From: Candidatus Flemingiibacterium sp. | GTDB taxonomy: Bacteria; Bacillota; Clostridia; Oscillospirales; CAG-272 | Length of the DNA: 47,336 nucleotides | Assembly: GCA_045534235.1 (NCBI GenBank) | Contig: JAZSJI010000085.1 | Location: 1-47,336, forward strand | Direction of reading: 5' to 3' | Part shown: piece after piece, positions 18,626-25,416 of the stretch | How the letters are laid out: every line of letters begins with the position of its first letter | How positions within the stretch are numbered: position 1 is the first letter of the stretch | Position numbers and translations under genes: made by a program | The notes under the pieces: model-generated | What the model saw: the letters and a program-made list of their open reading frames with translations, nothing else | Told to the model about the DNA's origin: nothing | Database searches by the model: none

Positions 18626-18654
18626 ATCATAAATGAGGTAGCATTTCAATGCAA
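18626..18654 (-). promoter_or_regulatory. candidate promoter for the SleB-like gene, immediately upstream of the proS terminator hairpin
   Basis: Minus strand reads TTGCAT-17 nt-TATGAT. Confidence 0.4.
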
Positions 18655-18698
18655 AATATATGGTATGGAAAGTAAGGAAATGCTTGCCTATATAAGGC

Positions 18699-20141
18699 TT
18701 AATATGCCTTGCCCCAGTAAACGAGGTGCTTTGCAGGCTTACCGCAGCAAACGCACTTGTCGCCGTTAGCCGTCTGGTCAAGCGGCATACAGCGAGAGCC
18801 GACGCCCGTTACTTCCTTTACCTTGTCCTCGCACTCCTCGTCGCCGCACCACATAGCGCGAACGAATCCGTCGCCATTCTCGGCGAGCTTATTTACGATC
18901 TCGTCCATAGTCGAGCAGTCGTAGGTGCGCGCCTCGCGGTTTGCAAGAGCCTTTTCGTAAAGGCCGTCGCGTACTGCCTGAAGTCTTTCTGCGGCAGCAG
19001 CCTCAAGATTTTCAAGGCTGACGATGGTCTTTTCTCTGTCGTGACGGGTAACTATAACGCACTGATTTGCCTCCATATCGCGAGGACCGATCTCGATGCG
19101 TACCGGAACACCCTTCATTTCGTACTCTGCATACTTCCATCCGGGCGACTGATCGGAGTCGTCGAGCTTTACGCGGATACCTGCAGCCTTAAGTCTGTTG
19201 GCAATAGAGGTGGCCGCCTCAATAACGCCTTCCTTGTGAGCCGCAACGGGGATAACTACGGCTTGAATAGGAGCGACTGCCGGCGGGAGAACAAGACCGT
19301 TGTCGTCGCCGTGAGTCATTATGATGCCGCCTATCATTCTCGTGGTGCAGCCCCAAGAGGTCTGCGAGGGATATTCAAGCTTGTTGTCCTTCGAGGTGAA
19401 GGTAATGTCGAACGCACGGGCAAAGCCGTCGCCGAAGAAGTGAGAGGTTGCCGCTTGGAGTGCCTTGCCGTCGTGCATAAGTGCCTCGATAGCATAGGTA
19501 TCCTCTGCGCCTGCGAACTTATCGGAAGGAGTTTTTACACCCTTGACAACCGGGATAGCAAGATCCTTTTCGTGGAAGTCCGCATACACGTTAAGCATCT
19601 GTACGGTTTCTGCACGAGCCTCCTCTGCGGTTGCGTGCATAGTGTGACCTTCCTGCCACAAAAATTCACGCGAGCGAAGGAAGGGGCGAGTTGTCTTTTC
19701 CCAGCGCACTACCGAGCACCACTGATTGTAGAGCTTGGGAAGGTCACGGTAGGATCTGATTATGTTAGCGAAATGCTCGCAGAAAAGCGTTTCAGAGGTC
19801 GGGCGTACGCAAAGACGCTCTGTAAGGCGCTCACTTCCTCCGTGCGTTACCCAGGCAACCTCGGGCGCGACGCCCTCAACGTGGTCCTTCTCCTTCTGAA
19901 GAAGCGACTCGGGAATAAACATCGGCATATATACGTTCTCGTGACCGAGCGCCTTGAAGCGATCGTCGAGATTTTTCTGAATAAGCTCCCAGATAGCGTA
20001 GCCGTAGGGGCGGATTATCATACAGCCCTTTACGCTGGAGTAGTCGATAAGATCGGCTTTTTTACAAATGTCTGTGTACCACTGCGCGAAGTCGACGTCC
20101 ATAGAGGTTATCGCTTCAACGAGCTTTTTGTCGTTTGCCAT
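18699..20141 (-). CDS. proS: proline--tRNA ligase, archaeal/eukaryote-like type
   Basis: [52 protein letters not shown], class II motifs, a C-terminal Cys cluster and a ...YWGKAY end. I use the ATG at 20141. The ORF-track start (GTG 20243) adds 34 non-conserved residues that lie inside the leader. Confidence 0.93.
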   Translation of the reverse strand: MANDKKLVEAITSMDVDFAQWYTDICKKADLIDYSSVKGCMIIRPYGYAIWELIQKNLDDRFKALGHENVYMPMFIPESLLQKEKDHVEGVAPEVAWVTHGGSERLTERLCVRPTSETLFCEHFANIIRSYRDLPKLYNQWCSVVRWEKTTRPFLRSREFLWQEGHTMHATAEEARAETVQMLNVYADFHEKDLAIPVVKGVKTPSDKFAGAEDTYAIEALMHDGKALQAATSHFFGDGFARAFDITFTSKDNKLEYPSQTSWGCTTRMIGGIIMTHGDDNGLVLPPAVAPIQAVVIPVAAHKEGVIEAATSIANRLKAAGIRVKLDDSDQSPGWKYAEYEMKGVPVRIEIGPRDMEANQCVIVTRHDREKTIVSLENLEAAAAERLQAVRDGLYEKALANREARTYDCSTMDEIVNKLAENGDGFVRAMWCGDEECEDKVKEVTGVGSRCMPLDQTANGDKCVCCGKPAKHLVYWGKAY

Positions 20142-20305
20142 TTTTAATAACCAATGCTTTCGCTTTGCGAAAGCTTCCTTTCTTGTGGAATTGTGGGTGG
20201 TTTTGCGAAGCAAAATCTTTGCACGGCGTGCAAAGAAAGCCACAAAACACTGCGTGAAAATTTATTTTTCACGCTAATTGTCCTTTCATAATTTGGAATA
20301 TATTT

Positions 20306-20334
20306 ATTATACATTTATTTTCTTTATATGTCAA
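20306..20334 (-). promoter_or_regulatory. consensus sigma-A promoter of proS
   Basis: Minus strand reads TTGACA-17 nt-TATAAT, about 160 nt upstream of the proS ATG. Confidence 0.6.
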
Positions 20335-20365
20335 TAGGTGCGCTCAAAAATATCGACTTTAAGCA

Positions 20366-21307
20366 TCACTCTGAAAGACCATCGCGCGTGGCAACGAGCG
20401 TAATCTTCTTGCCGTCGCTGCGAAGGATTATACTGCTCATTTTGTCGGTACGGTATATTTCTGTGCAGCCGCCACTGCGAAGCCTTTCCAATACCTCGTG
20501 GCGAGGATGCCCGAAGTCGTTATACTCACCGGAGGACACCACCGAAACGATTGGTGTAACTGCGTCAATAAATTGTGCACACGTTGACGTGTTGGAGCCG
20601 TGGTGCGCGATCTTGAGAAAATCGCAGTCGAGCTCGCCGTCTTGGTACGTGTCAACGAGCGCGCGCTCAATATCTTCGCTTATGTCACCTGTTAAGAGAA
20701 ACGATGTCTCACCGAACGTGAGCTTCATAACGAGGCTCATATCGTTCTCATCTTCGACATTATCTATCGGTGTCAGTGCGATGAATGATATATCGCCGAG
20801 CGAAAACGTATCGCCTCTTTCGGGATGGATTATGTTCGGTACGTTGCCGCTTTTCATCTCAAGCAGCATTGATTCAATGTCGAGATTGATCTCCTCTACG
20901 TATGGTATGATAATAGCAGAAACTTCAAAGTTGTCAAGCACTGCGTCAGCGCCGCCGATATGGTCGCTGTGCGGATGCGAGCAGATGAGATAGTCTACTG
21001 CTTTGACGCCGCACGCACGAAGGTGCGCGACGAGCTCATTTTCTGAATCGTTCGTACCCGTGTCGACAAGGATATTGCCGTCACACGACTGAATAAGTAT
21101 CGCATCGCCTTGACCTACGTCTATGACGTGAATGAATATTTCGCCGTCACCTAAAGAAGTCGAGAACGCGCGTGAATATTCAAGCGCGTTCTCAAATTTG
21201 TTTATTAGCTTTGGCAGGGTTCCGTTTATCGCGAGCAGGGCAACTACGGCCGCCGCGGTGATAACAAACGAAATCGCCGAGGATATAAAACGTTTTGCCT
21301 TTCGCAT
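20366..21307 (-). CDS. membrane-anchored MBL-fold metallo-hydrolase (ComEC/Rec2 C-terminal-domain-like)
   Basis: N-terminal TM helix. Motifs HVIDVGQGDAILIQ, ICSHPHSDHIGG and KIAHHGS. Confidence 0.85.
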   Translation of the reverse strand: MRKAKRFISSAISFVITAAAVVALLAINGTLPKLINKFENALEYSRAFSTSLGDGEIFIHVIDVGQGDAILIQSCDGNILVDTGTNDSENELVAHLRACGVKAVDYLICSHPHSDHIGGADAVLDNFEVSAIIIPYVEEINLDIESMLLEMKSGNVPNIIHPERGDTFSLGDISFIALTPIDNVEDENDMSLVMKLTFGETSFLLTGDISEDIERALVDTYQDGELDCDFLKIAHHGSNTSTCAQFIDAVTPIVSVVSSGEYNDFGHPRHEVLERLRSGGCTEIYRTDKMSSIILRSDGKKITLVATRDGLSE

Positions 21308-21308
21308 A

Positions 21309-23459
21309 TCAGAATTTCATAGTCAGTGAGATACGGTTCTTTTTGAGGTCTACCGACTTTATCTTGACCTCGACCACGTCGCCGACTGCAAGTTTTTCGC
21401 TCGGGTGCTTGATGAATTTATCGCATATCTCCGAAATATGCACAAGTCCGTCGTGGTGAACTCCGATGTCAACGAATGCACCGAAGTCGATTACGTTGCG
21501 TACCGTGCCCGTAAGGATCATATCCGGCTTCAGGTCGCTGATATCGAGAACGTCGTCACGAAGCACGGTCTGCGGCAGGCTGTCGCGCACGTCGCGACCG
21601 GGCTTTTCAAGCTCACCGATTATATCAGCAAGAGTAGGCTCGCCGACGGATAATTCCTCGCAAAGCGCTTTGATTCCGACGGATTTAACCTTCTCACGAA
21701 GTCCGCCAAGGCGCGACGCACGAACGTCATCTGCGGTGTATTCAAACTTCTTGAGAAGTGCCTTTGCAATAGGATAGCTCTCGGGGTGCACGCCCGTACA
21801 GTCGAGTATTTCATCGGAGCCGGAAACACGTAAAAATCCTGCACACTGCTCGAACGCCTTGTCGCCGATACGCGGCACCTTCTTTATTGCCGCACGCGAC
21901 TTGAACTCGCCGTTCTCCTCGCGGTACTTAACGATATTCTTTGCCGAGGTAGCATTGATACCCGCAACGTACGAGAGCAGGGAATAGGACGCGGTGTTTA
22001 CGTCCACGCCGACTGCGTTAACGCAGTCCTCGACGACACCGCCGAGTGCTTCGTCAAGGCGCGCAGGCTTCATATCGTGCTGATACTGTCCGACACCGAT
22101 AGCCTTGGGATCGATTTTAACAAGCTCTGCAAGCGGATCCTGCAGGCGTCTTGCTATAGATATCGCACTTCTTTGCATAACGTCAAAGTCCGGGAACTCC
22201 TCGGTTGCCTGCTTCGATGCGGAGTAGACCGACGCACCCGCCTCGCTGATAACGGCGTATTTTACGTCAGCGTCGATTTCCTTAAGAAGCTCTGCTATGA
22301 ATATTTCGCTTTCTTTTGATGCAGTGCCGTTACCGATCGCGATAACGCCGACGTTGTGCTTTTCGATAAGGCGCTTTACGATGCGCTTCGATTCTTCGGT
22401 ACGCGACTGCGGCTTCATCGGGTAGATAACGGCGGTGTCGAGCACCTTGCCCGTCTTGTCAACGACGGCGAGCTTACAGCCGTTGCGGTAGCCGGGATCG
22501 TATCCGAGCGCGGTCTTGCCCTTGAGTGGCGGCTGCATAAGCAGGTTCTTTAAGTTTACCTCGAACACCTTGAGCGCACCCTCGCACGCATCGTCAAAGA
22601 GTGACGAGCGTATCTCGCGCTCGATAGACGGTGCGATAAGGCGGTCGTAGCTGTCAACTATAGCACGCTCGACGTAGGGCTTTGCCGGACTTGCACCCTT
22701 TTTAAGAAGTCTGTTATAAAGATTGTTGAGAATTATATCGGGGGATACGTTTACGGACACCTTTAAGAATTCCTCCTTCTCGCCGCGGTTAAGCGCGAGA
22801 ATACGGTGGCCGGGGAGCTTCTTTAGAGGCTCCTTGTAGTCGTAGTACTGCGAGTATACCGAGTCCTCTTCCGTTGCGCCGACGGAGATTATCTCGCCGT
22901 TCATAAACGTCAGATTACGGATGATCTTACGGTAGTTTGCATTATCGGAAATATCCTCTGCGATAATGTCGCACGCACCGTTAAATGCGTCCTCGGCGGT
23001 TTCGACGCCCTTTTCTGCATCAATAAGTGATGCAGCAAGCTCGTCGAGCGTCGGCGAGTAGGAGTCCTCCTGCGCAAATATCGCCTCTGCAAGCGGCTCA
23101 AGTCCGCGCTCGCGCGCAACCGACGCACGCGTTTTACGCTTCGGGCGGAAGGGGCGGTAGATGTCCTCAACCTCGGTGAGGATGGCCGCCGCGTTAAGCG
23201 CCGCCTCAATCTCGGGCGTCATCTTGCCCTGCTCGGTGATAAGCGCGTGGACCTCTGCCTTACGGGCTTCGAGGTTGCGAAGGTATGTAAGGCGTTCGGA
23301 AAGGTCGCGGAGCTTTTCGTCGTCAAGCGAGCCGGTTACTTCCTTACGGTAACGCGCGATAAAGGGAATCGTATTGCCGTCGTCGATAAGCTCGACGGTG
23401 TTTTTGACTTGTTCTATGCCGATGGATAATTCCTCGGCGAGTTTTGCTATTATATCCAT
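21309..23459 (-). CDS. tex: Tex-like transcription accessory protein (S1 RNA-binding domain protein, YhgF family)
   Basis: The N-terminus has IPFIARYRKE. There are YqgF-like and HhH regions, and a C-terminal S1 domain (GTVRNVIDFGAFVDIGVHHDGLVHISE). Confidence 0.93.
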   Translation of the reverse strand: MDIIAKLAEELSIGIEQVKNTVELIDDGNTIPFIARYRKEVTGSLDDEKLRDLSERLTYLRNLEARKAEVHALITEQGKMTPEIEAALNAAAILTEVEDIYRPFRPKRKTRASVARERGLEPLAEAIFAQEDSYSPTLDELAASLIDAEKGVETAEDAFNGACDIIAEDISDNANYRKIIRNLTFMNGEIISVGATEEDSVYSQYYDYKEPLKKLPGHRILALNRGEKEEFLKVSVNVSPDIILNNLYNRLLKKGASPAKPYVERAIVDSYDRLIAPSIEREIRSSLFDDACEGALKVFEVNLKNLLMQPPLKGKTALGYDPGYRNGCKLAVVDKTGKVLDTAVIYPMKPQSRTEESKRIVKRLIEKHNVGVIAIGNGTASKESEIFIAELLKEIDADVKYAVISEAGASVYSASKQATEEFPDFDVMQRSAISIARRLQDPLAELVKIDPKAIGVGQYQHDMKPARLDEALGGVVEDCVNAVGVDVNTASYSLLSYVAGINATSAKNIVKYREENGEFKSRAAIKKVPRIGDKAFEQCAGFLRVSGSDEILDCTGVHPESYPIAKALLKKFEYTADDVRASRLGGLREKVKSVGIKALCEELSVGEPTLADIIGELEKPGRDVRDSLPQTVLRDDVLDISDLKPDMILTGTVRNVIDFGAFVDIGVHHDGLVHISEICDKFIKHPSEKLAVGDVVEVKIKSVDLKKNRISLTMKF

Positions 23460-23471
23460 AATAATCTCCGT

Positions 23472-24179
23472 TTACATTAAAAATGATCTTAAATGTGCTT
23501 CCTCGTCAGCGGTAAGCTCGCGCCACTGTCCGCGCGAAAGGGAAGTGTCAAGCGGCAGCCCTGCGAACTCAACGCGCTCAAGGTAGACGACCTTGTTGCA
23601 CACAGCCTCAAGCATACGCTTGACCTGGTGGAATTTGCCCTCGGTCAGCGTAAGGTAGCCTGATGCGCCGTCGTCGCAAAGTGTTAGCTTTGCGGGCTTT
23701 GTAAGCTCCCCGTCGAGCGTTACACCGTTTTCAAGGCGTTTTTTGTCCTCGTCGGTAATATGGCGCTCGGCTTTGAAATAGTATACCTTCGACACGTGAT
23801 GCTTTGGCGACAATAGTCTGTGGCAAAGCTCGCCGTCGTTGGTGAGAATAAGCAACCCGAGCGTGTTTTTGTCGAGTCGACCGCACGGGAAAAGCCCAAG
23901 ACGGCGTTCGCGCTCACCGAGCAGCTCGAGCACTGTGCGCTCGCGTATATCATCGGTGGCGGACACGTAGCCCTCGGGCTTGTTAAGCATTATATAGGTG
24001 AAGGGCTTGTAAACTACCCTTTGGCCGAGATACGTTATCTCGTTTTTCTCTGTGTCAACGTGCATATCGGCGGACTTGACGGCAACGCCGTCTACGCATA
24101 TCTTGCCCGCTCTTGCCGCTTTTCGCGTTTCGGTACGCGAAAGCAGGCCCATTTCTGAAAATAATTTATCTATTCTCAT
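23472..24179 (-). CDS. rsuA: pseudouridine synthase, RsuA/RluB family (16S rRNA Psi516 synthase-like)
   Basis: MRIDKLFSEMGLLSRTE (S4 domain) and GRLDKNTLGLLILTNDGEL (catalytic Asp). I use the ATG at 24179, which overlaps the upstream stop as TAATG. The ORF-track start at 24209 adds 10 aa. Confidence 0.88.
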   Translation of the reverse strand: MRIDKLFSEMGLLSRTETRKAARAGKICVDGVAVKSADMHVDTEKNEITYLGQRVVYKPFTYIMLNKPEGYVSATDDIRERTVLELLGERERRLGLFPCGRLDKNTLGLLILTNDGELCHRLLSPKHHVSKVYYFKAERHITDEDKKRLENGVTLDGELTKPAKLTLCDDGASGYLTLTEGKFHQVKRMLEAVCNKVVYLERVEFAGLPLDTSLSRGQWRELTADEEAHLRSFLM

Positions 24180-24580
24180 TACGTGAACAGCGATATAAGC
24201 GCATTGCAAACGAATATTGCCGCAACTCCGAAAACGAAAAGCGCGACAAAGAACGATAGCAGAAAATCTCCGAGTGTGGTGCGCTCTCGCTGACGGCGAG
24301 ACCTCTTACGGCGTGTAGCCGAGGAGAACTTCTGCGGTGCGGGAGCGTTTTTTGTGCCGTTTGACGGCGGCTTCATCGGGCGAAGCCGTTCTGCTGACGG
24401 CGGCGTCAGGGTGCGCACCTGCGGATTTTGTCCGTAACGCATCTGCTGTACCTGCACACGCGGTTGCGGCTGTCCCTGCGGGTGTCCTTGCACAGGGCGT
24501 TGCTGCGGGGCGTATTGCGGCTGTCTTTGCGGTTGATTTGGTGCCTTTGGTGTGCGCTCACGCATCGGAAAGTTTGGCAT
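24179..24580 (-). CDS. Pro/Gln-rich tail-anchored membrane protein, hypothetical (133 aa)
   Basis: GGAGG SD 10 nt upstream. About 100 aa of P/Q/R-rich low complexity are followed by a single C-terminal TM helix (FLLSFFVALFVFGVAAIFVCNALISLF). It is translationally coupled to rsuA. Confidence 0.6.
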   Translation of the reverse strand: MPNFPMRERTPKAPNQPQRQPQYAPQQRPVQGHPQGQPQPRVQVQQMRYGQNPQVRTLTPPSAERLRPMKPPSNGTKNAPAPQKFSSATRRKRSRRQRERTTLGDFLLSFFVALFVFGVAAIFVCNALISLFT

Positions 24581-24648
24581 ACGTCGCTTACCTCCATAGT
24601 GATGGCGTCAATATTACGATGATATTATTGACTGCATAAGTATATTTT

Positions 24649-24676
24649 ATCATAACATGCTCGAAAAGTAAAGCAA
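24649..24676 (-). promoter_or_regulatory. candidate promoter of the PQ-protein/rsuA/tex/MBL operon
   Basis: Minus strand reads TTGCTT-16 nt-TATGAT with TGt upstream of the -10. Confidence 0.4.
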
Positions 24677-24764
24677 AGTGAGAAATTTTTTTCATACTGA
24701 CGGGAAAAAGGCGATTTCTTTCCAAAATATCGGCAAAATTACCCGTAAAAATTTTCAAAAACGC

Positions 24765-24793
24765 TTGCAATTCTCATTTTGTTGTGGTATAAT
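24765..24793 (+). promoter_or_regulatory. sigma-A promoter of rplS
   Basis: TTGCAA-17 nt-TATAAT with TGg (extended -10). Confidence 0.6.
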
Positions 24794-24899
24794 ATAAGGG
24801 CTGTGTGTCCGTATGGACGCTGGGCGAGGGTGGTCCTCTGCGACAATGCTCTGCACGAACACCTTCCAAACACTTAAATTTTTTAAGGAGGAAGCCAAA

Positions 24900-25241
24900 A
24901 TGGATTTAATTAAGGCTTTAACTAATGAGCAGCTCAAGGAAAATGCCCCTGTACTTAACGTTGGTGACACCGTTAAGATCCACAACAAGATCAAAGAGGG
25001 CAACAGAGAGAGAATTCAGATGTTCGAGGGTACCATCATCGCTAAGAATGGCGGCGGTATCTCCGAGACCTTCACCGTAAGACGTGTTTCCTACGGCTGC
25101 GGCGTTGAGAAGACCTTCCCGGTACATTCTCCCAACGTTGAAAAGGTTGAGATCATCAGACGCGGTAAGGTTCGCCGTGCAAAGCTGTACTATCTCCGTG
25201 ACCGTGTGGGCAAGAGCTCCAAGGTTAAGGAACAGCTCTAA
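24900..25241 (+). CDS. rplS: 50S ribosomal protein L19
   Basis: [48 protein letters not shown]...[14 protein letters not shown]. The aaggagg SD lies 8 nt before the ATG at 24900. The ORF-track start at 24813 is a 29-aa leader artefact. Confidence 0.95.
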   Translation: MDLIKALTNEQLKENAPVLNVGDTVKIHNKIKEGNRERIQMFEGTIIAKNGGGISETFTVRRVSYGCGVEKTFPVHSPNVEKVEIIRRGKVRRAKLYYLRDRVGKSSKVKEQL

Positions 25242-25264
25242 TTTCTCAAAGAAAAAGCAAAATT

Positions 25265-25292
25265 GGCTGCCGTACGGCAGCCTTTTTGTTTT
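25265..25292 (+). terminator. intrinsic terminator after rplS
   Basis: ggctgc-cgtacg-gcagcc followed by tttttgtttt. Confidence 0.7.
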
Positions 25293-25340
25293 GCCGTAAC
25301 ACAAATATTATGTAAAATCGCGCGATTAACAAATTATCCG

Positions 25341-25369
25341 TTGCATTTTTTGTCGAAATGTGTTACAAT
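25341..25369 (+). promoter_or_regulatory. sigma-A promoter of the 811-aa surface protein gene
   Basis: TTGCAT-17 nt-TACAAT with TGt upstream of the -10. Confidence 0.6.
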
Positions 25370-25416
25370 ATATTAAAGTATAATAGTCGGCTTCGACACA
25401 ACTCGGAGGTCAGGGT

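Noticed and set aside
18726-20147. 473-aa plus-strand ORF
   Set aside because: It is the exact antisense shadow of proS, whose product carries unmistakable ProRS motifs. It has no SD and a low-complexity, R/L/A/V-rich translation.
20189-20207. T-box-like string AATTGTGGGTGGTTTTGCG
   Set aside because: It lies on the plus strand, antisense to the proS leader. No plus-strand gene follows, and the downstream hairpin lacks a U-run. It is reported only as a curiosity within the proS-leader finding.
20142-20243. N-terminal 34-aa extension of proS (GTG start in the ORF track)
   Set aside because: The extension is not ProRS-like and lies in the hairpin-rich leader. [13 protein letters not shown].. 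matches the usual ProRS N-terminus. Similar over-extensions were trimmed at 24180-24209 (rsuA), 24813-24899 (rplS), 28735-28851 (ydcF), 30036-30092 (CPBP), 40852-41013 (queH), 41606-41629 (ygjP), 32444-32515 and 46630-46683.
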